In this document: positions 9,295-22,252 of the stretch, piece after piece | Position numbering within the stretch: the first letter of the stretch is position 1 | Layout: the number at the start of each line of letters is the position of its first letter | Origin: Paraglomus brasilianum | Lineage: Eukaryota | Reading direction: 5' to 3' | Assembly: GCA_910592345.1 (NCBI GenBank) | Contig: CAJVPI010000357.1 | Span: 1-33,571, forward strand | Length of the DNA: 33,571 nt | Position numbers and translations under genes: made by a program | Notes under the pieces: generated by a model | The model's database searches: none | What the model saw: only the letters and a program-made list of their open reading frames with translations | What the model was told of the DNA's origin: nothing

Positions 9295-12200
9295 TTAACT
9301 GGCTATTAATCCACGCTGTTGCAATTTCGCAATCAAAGGTGGTATATGAGTCCTGGCGAATGATGAGAGATAAAACTAAGAAAAAAAAGAAGTTTCCAAT
9401 TAGCACATCATAAATATCTTGAACAGTCATTCCATAACAGAGGAGCTCCTTCACACACCCCAACTCCTTTGCTCACCTCGTGAGTCTCATTATGTGACTT
9501 CACAAAATTGTGCGCTAGTTCGTGACAAAAAGTAAGGAACCAATACGTCATCGCCTCAAGGCTCGACGTCTCAACATGTAATGTCTCATAAATATATAGA
9601 TTAAAGAATAATGACGCATTAAGATTAAACGCAGCTGTCGTCCCATCTGTATCATAGTAAACATGTACTACATCTTGTGATAATTTGAATAAACCACAGA
9701 GCTCTTTGAGGAGTTCGATAAATTTGCTGAGATCTTCCCTGTCTTTTTTAATGTCGTCTATTGCATAGATTCTTATCCCGCTAACTTGACATATATATTT
9801 TAAGGGATGGTTTAAGGCGTGGCATACAGAATAACCTAACAAGCGAATAGTTAACAGAAGTGAACGACGCTTCAATATACCAATCTTAAGTGTACACTTA
9901 CTAGGTTTGTCGTCTACAAAAGCTTCGAGTATCAACTGATTTTGCGTATTAGGCTTGCAAGATAGCACGGCATTACGCAAGTCCCTCTCTAATATTAAAT
10001 CGTTTGTATACTTTGGCATAGTTATCAGGCTTTGTAGATTCGTGTCCGACGTGTCGATGATAACTTTCCCTTGTTTTTTCAGGATCCTATCCACTGGATA
10101 ACCTTGTCTTCTGAGACTATCTGGCGGTAAAGTCAATACTGAGTACATAATCAATGGATCGTTCATCCCGAACTTTCTATAAATAGCTTCACATAAATTA
10201 TAGGCGATGTCCAGATAAGAAACCTTATTTCCAACAATGCATAAAGTACGATTCGCTTCCATATAATTGAAAAAACATGTAGTTTCTTCAATTTTGGTTT
10301 GCTTTGTTGGGATTAGCACATAACTTTTTTCGATCTTTCTGACCTCTCTGACATTGAGGTGTTTCTGTATCCAATCGGCATCGTAACGGATCCCATGAGG
10401 CGCATAATTATGGTAAAAAAGAGGCGCACGTCGTTTTATTGTGGATTCGAGTTCTATGGATTTTGCTGAGGATTGTTTTATGCCTTTCACATTATATCTG
10501 ACTCGTACATTCTCGTGAAGCCATACACTGCCAACTAACTACATGCAAGGAAACATTAGCTAAATAAACTTTGCCAAACACAGATCAACGAGTGTATTGT
10601 TTTTCGTCAATTATCTTCTTTCATCAAATCCATTATTCTTACCTGATAAAGGTTTTCAAGCAATCTGTCTTCCGGACATGTGAAAACACCAAACATTCTC
10701 CACAAGTGATGATCATCATTCAGAAAAATCTCTTGCGCCCTTGCTAAGACATGACGCGTGACATGCTCTTCACCATCATCAGATGGTTCTATTCCAACTC
10801 CCACGAACATGCGCGCACGTTTCATTTCGGAAACCAGTTCTTTATTTTGACGTATTGTTCTAATGTTTATAGCGACAACCCGGAGAATATCCATATATTT
10901 ATCGCCCATCGTCTTCCAGATCTTAATCGAAGAACGAACAAGCATTCGAGCAAGCTCTTCTGGCGTAGGCGAATATTTTACGCCACATAATTTGAGAAAG
11001 TTATTTGCTTTTTCACCAAAGTCAACATAATAAAAGAAGTCTTTATAGCTAATATTATGATAGGCGCGAATGTGTGTTTTTGATTCAAGAAAAAGGAGGC
11101 GACGGTTAGCATATTTCGTAATTCGCTTAACTGTAAACACATTTATCCCGGATCTTTACTATTACCTTTCATCATTACTTTGTTTACGCGCAAATAAACA
11201 TCTATTCGGGCAAGTATGTATAATAGTCTTCTTGTCCTCAATAGGAACAAAATTTGCATCTCCCAATTTCTCCCAATCTGGATCTTCGAACGATCCCGTT
11301 TGTGTTGCAAGATATTCAAACATCTTCTTCGCCTCGTTTTTATTCTTAGGCGGTTTATCGGTCAATCTTTCAATAAGCTTCAACTTTGGCGGATCCGTCT
11401 TGACACACAACATATTAGCGTAATTCAGTAAGCTCTTGTGCAAAATGTTAAAGCCCATGATATTACACGCAGAGTTGGCAAAACAGTCGAGAGGTTTGGC
11501 ATAGGTCGATGAATCAGCACACTGAAGAAATGATATATCAATAGTGTCTTTGTAGTCGTTTCTATAGTGGGGGTCAAATTTCTTAAGAAAGTATCCGATA
11601 GCCTTGCGTCTGAGTTCTGGCGTGTTTGGAGGCGCGGCCAGGGTGAGAATTCTGCTTAGGGTTGGATGTGTGCGGAGACCGATATCTATTAGGAATTTTG
11701 CTACAAAAAACGTGTTTAATATGAATAATACGGTGAGACTATATACTCGAATAATAGCATATCCTTTATTCTTAAATTTTAACTCACCTTCAGCTGAATT
11801 AGCACTCCATCTCTTCCATTTTATAATTGGTAATCCAAGCTCTCTCAGTTCCGTCGCAGGTACATGCAGATCTGATATCAAATACTTTCTTTCTGGCTTT
11901 GCAGCCGCAGCCGCAGCCGCAGCCGCCTTTTTATTCTTTTTATCATCCTCTCGTGGCCATATTTGAATCATCTGTAATTTCCTCTTTTCGTCCGGCTTTA
12001 CACCATTAGCTCTCTTCGTAAAATATTCTACAAGCTTCACGTAATCCCAATCTCCTCGGGAAAGTAATCGATCCGATATTAATTGTACGTCAACATGCTC
12101 GCGAACGCCAAGGAAAATGAGAAATTTATCGGAAGCAGCTCGAGAATTTTCTAACTGAACCGTCGGTAGATCAGGAAGGAGGGTCAACGAAGACAAGTAG

Positions 12201-14935
12201 GCCTTATCAGGTACGTACATTCCGTGTTTAGTAGGAATTATTTTCTTTTGGTTTAACAACGAATGGAGAATCTTTTTGTTCGCTGCGGAGAGATTTGTGA
12301 AGGCGCGGTTGAGGATAGCAAGAAATTTTTCAGCAAAGACTTTATCGGATTCGAGTTTTTGAAGAATTGTTGGTGTTTTGATGAGGAAATCCACCCAACC
12401 GGGAAGCGAAAGCTCTTTGTAGTTGCTAGTATCGAAATAATGGCATTTTTAAAATTAGTAAGGAGGGGAGGGATCCATGTATACATGTAGTATCAATACA
12501 TTGCGGCGTATGCATACATACCTAAAGTATAATTCGAGTCCATTCTTCTTAGTAAATGTTTTCGTAATAGCATACGGCAACATCTCAATAGGGAAATCTT
12601 GGTCGGGCGGAATTAATTTGGGATTCAAAAAATATTTAAATTTGGCCAACGGCATTTTATTACCGTTAACAACAATCACAGCCCGAAGCAAAAACCGAGA
12701 CTTTTCCGCGTCCGATACTATATTATTCGGAAAATAGTCAATCCACCATTGCATCAAAGCCGTCATCTCTGTTTCGGTCAACGTTCGATCCTGCAACTCT
12801 GTATTCAACACATCATCCAGCGTGACGTCTATGATCATTGCCCGTTCTTTAGCCTTGTCGAAAAATTTTTCACAGCTATTCAGTACACTCTTCGGAACAA
12901 TAGGGATCGTCTTGATGAATCCTTCCATGTTCTGGTTGGGCAATCTAATCAAATTAATAGGGAGGACACCGAGGGTGGAAATAACAGGAAGAGGTTTTTT
13001 AGAGCACGAGAAAAACGTCTTTTCCATTATTGTGCTCACACGATCATTGGGCGTGCTTGAACGAAATGTAAAGTAAGTAAGAGAGTATGTGCCTCTTTTG
13101 TAGACTGATTCGCGTGCCGCCTGTAATTCTTTTTCATCCACGTCGAGGCTGTATCTAATTCTGTTGTCATAGAGGTGGGATACTTGGTTCATTTCATCTT
13201 CGTATAATATGCGAGTGAGCACACCCGCTATCGATAATAAATCCTCATTGTACTCGGCCAGCGTTTTATTCACCAGGTCTATCGATTCGCGCTCAACCTA
13301 CACGTTGACAAAGAAATATGATAATAATAATAATAAGCAATATTGATCAATTTAATGATCACGTGAGATAATTAATACCTAACACTCACTGTAGGAATAA
13401 ACCTTCCCGCCAAGTGGGATACATATCCTGTCGTTTGATGCGTCGGAAAACCAATAAATATTCTTCCTTGTTTCGGATACGTTGACAAACCTTTGAACAT
13501 CTCAGACCCATCCTTTTCCTTCTTTTCAACCGCAGAAAAGGTATTTTCATCAAACTCTGGAAACAGCATTTGAATAGTTGTCTTGCTTGGTGGTTTCTTT
13601 TTAGTACTGCGTTCCATCTCTGCTGAGAACACTTCCGTCACGGATACATCTAGATGGCCAGTTGCTACGTAGAGGGAGATACTTGCATTCCTTGTATTTG
13701 CATTTGGTGCTGTGACAAAACGTTCGACTTTCATTTCTACGCGTTGTAAATCAATTGCTTTGAGATGGAATATCCTACGTGGTGAGTATGCGTTCAAATC
13801 CTTGGTTATTTGCATCACCCGTGAATCCATTTCTTTCTTAGAAAGGCTTAGGATTATTGTGTCGTCTATATATACGCATATCTCATGAAGGTTTCCGGTG
13901 AAGCCCTATGTATAATCAGATGAGAAACATAAGCACGTTATAAAAATAGGAGTATCATAGTGACTGTTCCTCACCATGGATGTTGCCAGGAATCTTCCAA
14001 ACTCGTTAGTTGTTGGTATCTGTTGATTCATAGCGTCATATATAAATTATGTGGTGATGTTCTAGCAACGTATCTTCAACATCATATCTTCACTTACGTC
14101 CATGGGTTCCTTGACATCCATCAAGAAAGTTGTCCACTGTTCATTATCAGAATCAATTGGTCCCAACTTGGCGAACAGTTGACAACCACGCCAATAGAAT
14201 GCCATGCCCTGGTCACCAGAAGAGACACTAGATAAAGATGATACAAATATAAGGAATGTAAAGGCTAACCCTCGTATAATGAACAATAATAAACTTTGAT
14301 TGATAACGATGATAAAAGTATACTCACAATGGTTCCTCGCATACTGAAAATAACGAGTAAAATCCAACACCAAATGCGCCAATCTACGAATAAAAAATAA
14401 ATAAAGTCAGCAACCATTCGTAACGGCTGGTTTTTAATTATATAGCCTCATTCACCTTTTGCTCATCGGGGTTTCCCTCGGCTATTTTCTTCAAACGATT
14501 CCAGTCATCTGGTCTGAATACAAATCCATTGTTTTTGAACAATATTCTGGTGCATTTTTTTCCACTCAAGCCTTTACTCTCTGCCCCTGTTTCAAAAACT
14601 ATTTCTATCTTTGATGACCTTGCATCATCTGTTGTAACAAATATTGAGTAAGGTAAATGTAAAATGCATGAGCAGATTAAGCACAAATTAACCAACCTGC
14701 ATTTTGCATCAGTTCTCTGAATACTACGAATTTTGTAGAATATCTAAACGATAGATATTGGTGATTATTCACTATTAGCTAACATTAACATTATTGCCGA
14801 TTGATAGACTACAATAGTTCCTATATAGTATACAAACCTGGCAAGGATCTTGTCAATCAAGTGTCTCTGATTGACTTCTACTCTTTCTTCTACGCTATTA
14901 GCTAGCACTTGACGTCTCCGCACATCGAGCGACAT
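9295..14935 (-). CDS. GHKL (HSP90/sacsin-like) ATPase, DUF3684-type protein with C-terminal HEXXH motif; 14 exons, ~1500 aa
   Basis: Spliced model starts MSLDVRRRQVLANSVEERVEVNQRHLIDKILARYS. GHKL motifs RELMQNADDA, FKNNGFVF, IGAFGVGFYS and WTTF; GRIFIGFPTHQTTG..HLAGRFIPTVERESIDL; ends YWFLTFCHELAHNFVKSHNETHE|FYLSSFAR..GLIAS*. All joins use GT-AG and stay in frame. Confidence 0.88.
11901..11927 (-). repeat. (GCGGCT)n coding microsatellite giving a 9-Ala run
   Basis: gcagccgcagccgcagccgcagccgcc on +; KKAAAAAAAAAKPE in the protein. Confidence 0.9.
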
Positions 14936-15469
14936 TTTCAAGCGATCCGAATTGTTATCCTCGATATAGACATGCCCACTTATTTATATTTCGCGCGTAG
15001 TAATAACGCGAACGAATGACAGGCCTTTGTTGGGTTAATTATTTATCTGTTATTGTCGTTCATGACACTCGATTTGGACTATCAACTATCTAGTTGCATA
15101 TTGATAAAATGCGTAGTAAGGCCAGAATGAATATATTATATACGCACATATACAATTAGTACTGCAAGAACAAGCATTGAATTCCTTACATCCTTGATAA
15201 TACATACTTTACTATAACGCTGACTATGTCAAAAGAATCGATCGGGTATCTTATTATTAGTGGGTCAACGATAATGATCATATATCCCATTATTTTCACC
15301 GAAAAGGCAAGCGAATATACACGTATCGGAGGAGACTCCGGCCAGCAAATCAAATTCGAGGGGGAATAATTTCCAATATGCGCCTAGGATTGTCAATACT
15401 GCGAACGATCAACTTTCCGTCGTTTAATGGCGAGTTTATCAACTTTCTCGGCTCAAAAAATTACAACTT

Positions 15470-15945
15470 CAAAATATCATTCCACGAACAAGTCGACAAA
15501 TATTTATCGCACATAGTATCACTACTATAATGCATCTAGAGTCAAGATATGCAAGACTGTTTAAATAACATTTTTGTGAAGGTCAAGTCAGACAAGCCAA
15601 AGTCTGTTATCATCGCCACGCCGGCACGAATCAATATGTTATGAGAAGACTAAATAATAATGATAATAAACACGTTATTAAAAGTACTGTTTCGCAACTT
15701 TCTTCAACAGACAATTCTTGTATTTCTTCGCTTCTGCTGAATATGAGGCGCAGGTCAATATTCGATGGACGATTTAATAATAATATGTTAGTTTCGCAAA
15801 TACAAATATAATAATAAGCAGATAATAATATGATTCGGTTGACGTTCCATCAGGACTTGGGTTATCAAAGATTATGGCGACGTTTTTGTTTCATTTCTTT
15901 CGTCGTGACAGTTTTTACGCTACCATGAGCACGGACTATAATGAA
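15470..15945 (-). pseudogene. Protein kinase (TKL-like) pseudogene
   Basis: After an acceptor (TTTAG) it reads SSHNILIRAGVAMITDFGLS (15590-15649), then AYLDSRC. Upstream RAHGSVK and KNVAII resemble the G-loop and VAIK motifs. Frameshifts, stops and missing subdomains. Confidence 0.7.
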
Positions 15946-16439
15946 ATATCGTCAAGTAAACTATAAGCAATTAAAATCTCTATTTTTATTTTCATTTTGG
16001 ACGTGCCGACAAAATTTGTCTATTAAAATCTTGAAAGCTTACGTAATCTGCTTACGCTTTTAGGAAAGTGATTATTCGATAAAATCGTCAACGTTCACTG
16101 TCTTAGATTATATAAATTTTATTCTGCTTCACATGTCCTTGTTTGGGTACCTGATATTTGAACGTCAAAACTCTTGTCCGACATTTTTATCAAGTAACTT
16201 GGAGTCACGTGTTGGTAATCTTGACAGTGATGGATGTCAAAGAAATTAATGCCCGAAATTAAGCATATGACGCATTAGTCAATCATGCTAAATCGCATGG
16301 ATTACGTAGAAAAGAAGTAATAGATTAAGCACTGCATAAGAGTAAATGTGAGAAAATTTATTTGCACATGCACCAAATATCCGTTCACTGCTATGTTTCC
16401 AAAGGATGACATTAAAGAGGATCGCCACGTGGGTATGTA

Positions 16440-16790
16440 GACTAATAGATCCATGGTACATTCTTAACAATATCTTATGGTTAGATGACAATTCTTGACT
16501 CTCCAATACGAATGAAAGGGACATATCTTGCATACAAGAAAACTAGTCTTGATCAGACAAATAATCATTTGTAGTCAATGCAAATGGAATGAATTCAATC
16601 GATCTCAGTAAGCGACTGGTAACGGTATCTCTGATTCGTTCGTTGTAAAGGAACTGATAAACGGCACGAAGTCAATTTTGGATTTGTTGACAAAGATAAC
16701 AAACGAGGCGCCGACAAACGATTCATAGGTACTCTGAAAACCTTGGAAAGCAGTTGTGTCATTCACGTTTCGTAAGCCAAGAGAGTCTGC
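16440..16790 (-). pseudogene. Decayed coding fragment, sacsin-repeat-like
   Basis: ADSLGLRNV..; LRAVYQFLYNERIRDTVTSRLLRSIEFIPF..YLS..RLVFL..QDMS..SQELSSNHKILLRM, with stops and frameshifts. Confidence 0.35.
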
Positions 16791-17843
16791 GATATTATTG
16801 TGACGTTGTATCTGAAATTTCGTTTGTCTAATACAAAGGGTTATTTTTGGAAGTATTTGGTTATTTGTAAAGAATTCCCTGCAAAGTTATTGGCTCTGTA
16901 TTGCGGTATTAGTCATGTGAAAAATGATGTAATATGAGCAATTCGTATTATTGGTTGCGTAAGACATGATGTAAGCATCTTGTTGGATCTGACATAGCAT
17001 GATAAATTGGGCATTTAACCAAGTAATAGACGAGGATTGGTACACCACAAGTAATGGCATTGTACATATATAGATATTATACCAATTGTTGGTACTTACA
17101 ATTGTATAAACAAAAATCGAGAATTACCCATTTCGGATATGCAGACACACATTATTATTATTATGTTGTCGCATGTGGAGATCGTATCTCAACACCACCA
17201 TTATCAAACCCATGATTGTGACCAAATAAGTCAAACATATCGACGGTTGTTTGGTAATATCGATGTTGTTTGGTAATTTTGTTTATCTCGAACTCCATTG
17301 GTTGTATCGGCAGGGTGTTTCCAATATGAGACTGCTTCGATTTGTTCTTTGATCCTTGATGTTGCTTTTTTTTTTGCTGGGAGACCGCTATATTGAGTCT
17401 TTATACTCGCAATTCCTAGCCGGATATGTAGCGGGAAGGGAAAAACCCCCATGGTTTGCTTGAGATAGACAAATGGGGCGAGTGATCCGTGCTGACGGGA
17501 TACTTCCCCCGCATGTTCGTCCGTCCTTGAGGGATGTGCCTTCTTTATTAATCCATGCCTTTTCGCAAATAAATTCGGTAATTATTATCGATTTATACAA
17601 AGGCAGTGTACAATAAAAGATGTATGAAAAAAAGACAGATACAATACATAGTGTTTACTTATTTGGGGTAATATCGTTATACTAGTTGCAATATAAATAA
17701 CTGATACACATGAGTCGCATGTGTGTTTGATTTACATTATAAATCTATTAATATATTAAACCCGTTTCACATTCAATACATCAAATGTTTTTATGGTCGC
17801 TCAAAAAAGGTAACTTGTAATTAAATTTTATATGCAACTAATA

Positions 17844-17875
17844 CCAATCACAATCGTCTAGTTTAGCTATAAATA
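17844..17875 (+). promoter_or_regulatory. Candidate core promoter (CCAAT + TATA) of the 18222 gene
   Basis: CCAAT at 17844-17848 and TATAAATA at 17868-17875, followed by a CT-rich stretch and an A-rich leader. Confidence 0.4.
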
Positions 17876-18120
17876 CCGCCCGGAAGGATGTCTGCCCTAA
17901 CTCTCTCCACTCTTGTTTCAAGTAATTGAGGAGTTCTGTATTTGTACAAAATACAAAAAAAAGGTTCATTGATCAAGTATTATAACAAGACTAAATTCTA
18001 TAATCGAACAAGTTCGTAACGACATTATTCTATAAAACAAAAAAACGACAATTATCGAAACGCAACGACAATATTATATAACGAAACGGGATTCTTTTTA
18101 AATTTTCGAAATTATAACTA

Positions 18121-18140
18121 CGATACGATACGATACGATA
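18121..18140. repeat. (CGATA)4 microsatellite
   Basis: cgatacgatacgatacgata. Confidence 0.9.
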
Positions 18141-18221
18141 AATTACTTTCTACAGTAACGAAACAACAATCGAAACCGGAAAAATTCTACATAATTTTTT
18201 GAACCCTTATTACTCTTAAAA

Positions 18222-18650
18222 ATGAAAAACGCAATGTTCTCACGCAAAAACAAGATCCACAACCCATTCAAACGTCGACATTCATCCAAAACTGCCGCTG
18301 AACCAATGTCACCCATGGACTTTGATTTCGAGTTTTCAACAACGTTTACCCCCACTGCTTTTTCATCACGTCGAAGCTCGATTTACTGCAGTTCACCCAT
18401 GGCAACGAGTCCACGAATTAACGTATCATATCCGTCTTTCTCTCCATTCAACTATTCATCGATGCCTGCATGTCAACATCATCCATTTAATCATTATCAT
18501 AACTGTCAAGGGCACTCTGGAAGAAAGCATGGAAAACATCAAAAGGGAGAAAAGGGAGAACAGCAACAATATAATCCAAGACGAAGTATTACAGGATTTG
18601 TGCTTTGGTGGAGATTGACTTGGGTTAAAGTTGAACGGACTTTCCGTTAA
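18222..18650 (+). CDS. Hypothetical 142-aa protein, single exon
   Basis: ATG in AAAAATG context. Ser/Pro-rich disordered composition with RRHS/RRSS motifs, a His/Cys patch and a Trp-rich C-terminus. More GC-rich than its AT-rich UTR-like flanks; upstream TATA. Confidence 0.6.
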   Translation: MKNAMFSRKNKIHNPFKRRHSSKTAAEPMSPMDFDFEFSTTFTPTAFSSRRSSIYCSSPMATSPRINVSYPSFSPFNYSSMPACQHHPFNHYHNCQGHSGRKHGKHQKGEKGEQQQYNPRRSITGFVLWWRLTWVKVERTFR

Positions 18651-21037
18651 GTAGAAAGAGTTGGAATAAGACGATATTCGATGAGTAAAATATAATAATA
18701 ATGACAGGAAATCGTTGGATTGCGTCGAGTTGTTTTTAGCATAAAGCAAATTTTCATTCACATTCTACACTCTTCGCTTTTCCATCTTTCTGGTCGTTAC
18801 GTTTTAAAAAAAAAACAAAACTCATTCGTTACATCGCATCCTTCTCTTGCTGGCAAAAGACATTTACAGACATTACACCCATGCAATTTCTACGCAATCA
18901 TCTTGTAAATGAACAATGAACACTCGGATTGTATTTGTTTATAGTCTCCATTCTCTTTTCATTTCCTTTTTTAGTAAATAGGTATTCGTTGATTCACAGA
19001 CGATATGGGATGACAAATATGGGGTTATTATTATTATTATATATCAGCGAGCTTATCGTTCATATGAAAAGAACGATATTTGGAAAAAATTTTTTTTATA
19101 TAGGCTATTTGGATGTTTATTATATAGACTTGTATTTCATTAGTTTGAGTATTGGTTTTATTGATTAATATTATCATTCCACTTGTTGATAGGATTTTTT
19201 CATGGGTTTCTTTTATTTTTTCTCTTTATTTTTCTTTTCAATTCTGGATATGATTCCAATCATGTTTTTTTTTCTTTCAAACGCTTCAATTTTTTCCATA
19301 GACAAAAGTATGCATGAAAACGAAATTCTCAAACTCACTTGAAAACTTTTTGTAAATAACTAAAGATAAACGAACATCACGTTCGAGCTCATTGACCAAA
19401 AATATTGTTAAGATTATTCGTGTTTCATGTTTCTTTTGTCTGTTTGATCGATCGCTTTTCTCTAAAGCACGTTCGTGCATTTCATTGATATTCTCAATAT
19501 TTGCAGTCATTCCTTTCCTTTTCCCCCTTTCACAAACACAGTTTTTATTTTTTTACTTATGAATTTAATAATATAGACTTTTCGCATTGTACATTCCTTA
19601 TAGAAACGACGAAGAACACAAATGATGTGCACTTTCTCATATGAAAATGTTCTCGTTTGTGCTTCTGATATGTAGACATATGATAAAAAAAAAAAAAAAG
19701 ATTAAGCAGCGCTTTCTTGAATAGAATGTTAATAGATATATAGAATAATAATTACTTAATATGCCCTTTTTTCCAATTTTTTATGCCTTGTTTGCGTTGG
19801 ATATTTTGAGGATTATTAGTTGAATAAACAAAATGGTTTGGATTATTATTATACGGCATATGTTGCGGAAAATTACTCGTTGTCTCCCTTTGTTCTTGTG
19901 CATTCATGTGACTGGACGAAAAATTAAAAATCAGTGATTGACCTGGAAACCAATAAACTGACAGCAATAAATGCTTGTGTGGCAAAAACGAACGAAAAAT
20001 ACGGACGGATAGCGGTTCATGCAGAAAGGCGGATGGAAGCATGATGGCTTGGAAGAGACATCAATGACGATCTGCGAGTTACACGAAATGGCTTATCTCC
20101 CTTTTCTTACTCCGCATCTGAATGCACAATGCGTTCACTTGGCATTCTCTTTCAACGACACCAAATAAAGCAATATTTGGACATCGCCGCAACGATGCCC
20201 ATGGCCGTTCTTCATACACATTCTATCTTGGGAATTAACAATTCAAAAGAAGCGCCCAACCAAGACAATCCATCTTGGCATTATTCTAAATTTACACCAA
20301 TGTGTCGAAAGACGTTTGTTCGACTCTGCATTTTCTAGACGCCTAAACGTCGACTAAAAGGGTTGCTTTGTCATATGAACAGATGATAACACGATATAGC
20401 ACAAAACTTTCAACTGTTACCAATAGAATGCAAATTACACCAACCCTTTCCCTCCCGAACCTTAAAGAATGACATTATATAACGAATTTGCATAAGGATG
20501 GATGCCTTTGACTTTTTCGCCGACAAAGACCAACCCCATGTGATAGTGCATACATTGTGTTATTAATATTAATTTCAGGTTAAACCTCTAATCGCTCTTG
20601 ATTACTTGCTTTGTCGAGTGTGAATTTTTCCGTGGTCTTTTTTGGGTTTCTTACACCAGGAATGTAAGTGTTCTTTTATTCGTCGCTAGTCGGATTAAGG
20701 TTTTATTAAAATTTGTCCGCCACCCCATTTGGAGATTTACACAATAATGTCATGATAATGTCAGCGAAACTACTGTATGTAATATCGAACATTCGGTAAT
20801 TACCATAGAAAACTATTTTCCCCCGGCTATTAGTTTTAAACGTTATTATTATATGTATTTGGCATGCTATTGTAGATAGTCTCGGACATGCAGTCTCACA
20901 TTGACATTTGATGGTTCGCACTAATTGCTTATTATTATAGACACACATACCTATAATCTCTAATCGATATGTTACACCAATATAAATGTTATATTTGACA
21001 CCTCTCTGTACATAGAATAAATAGAAACCGCAAAAAG

Positions 21038-21069
21038 GAATCTTCCATTCGGTGAATCTTCCATTCGGT
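21038..21069. repeat. 16-bp tandem duplication
   Basis: gaatcttccattcggt x2. Confidence 0.9.
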
Positions 21070-22252
21070 AAGACAAGACGAGATGAATAAATAAATATGA
21101 TTGTATACATGAGTATTGTAAATTATGAGTGGATGTTGTCTTATTTGGTGTCGAATTTTAAACGTTGACTAGCAAACAATATAATTGCATGGCAACCGAG
21201 AAATGCTCTCGACTTGGTAATCAGACGCTAAGAAATTATTGACGTTAACAAAGAGTCACAAATTGCAAAAATAAAGCAAATATAGTATTTGGGACTAAAT
21301 AATTATCTGAATTCACGTAATTATAAAGCCGAATTAAATAATTATGTGTTGAAGTATCGTCATGATCACGTACCAAAGATTATTCCTTCCATATTCTATT
21401 TTCGCTTCTTGGAAAGTTACAGGCAATAACATGTCTGGCTAAAGATACCTTTTTTTATTGACCAGTGTCTGTATAAAGGATCCAGTAGAATATTAGCATG
21501 CTTATTTTAGCTGCGAGTCGAATAATCCAAGTAATGGTAATCCTGGTACCGCACACTGCTCTCTATAATTAGCACTTTATGGATTGCTTTTTCATCATTA
21601 GGCTAACCAACTACTGGGACATCTCCAATTCCTTGGATAAGTCCCAATAACATTCATAGAGGAATCTCCCACTCTCTGCACCGCCACCGCCCCCCAATAA
21701 CCCCCCTCTTACACGTAATTTTTATTCTCTTCCTCTGTAAAGACAATATTTTCTCGTTGCGAATGGGTAAAGCAATTCGCAAGTTATTATCGTGTCTGAT
21801 TTATTGACATAGTTATCGGATCCATGTAGCATATTAATATTAATATATGCATTTAGTAATCATTGATCTTCCGATAGCAGATGTCATAAAAACCCTCAAT
21901 TATATGCTATATACTATGTTTAGACCCGATTGTTTTACTAATCATCTCAACGCTTCGTTACTGATTTGTTCCCAGAGTGATTCAGAACGATTTGTCAGTG
22001 GTCATAGTATGCACAGCGAGCAGATCACGAATTTTAAACATCCCCCTTATCTTTTATCATCACAACATTTTTGTTCGAGGGAATGTGACCAAAAACTTAA
22101 ATGCTCAATTTATTTAATCAATATTAATATACTGACCCTCACACAATACCCAAATCAACAGAAGTTGGTGTTGGGACCTTGAAGAAGAAAAAAAAAAAAA
22201 GAGCTCATACTCGATAGAAATTTAGAAACTCGAGAGATATAAATTGTTCACA

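Noticed and set aside
10751..14235. Plus-strand ORFs of 60-120 aa
   Set aside because: Antisense shadows of the DUF3684 exons.
17231..17600. Overlapping minus-strand ORFs; STDH word suggesting a LINE endonuclease relic
   Set aside because: Only a 4-residue match with no other endonuclease or RT motifs; could be a decayed gene but cannot be supported.
19286..22182. ORFs of 69-134 aa in the long intergenic region
   Set aside because: Composition follows AT-rich non-coding DNA; no motifs or splice-consistent model.
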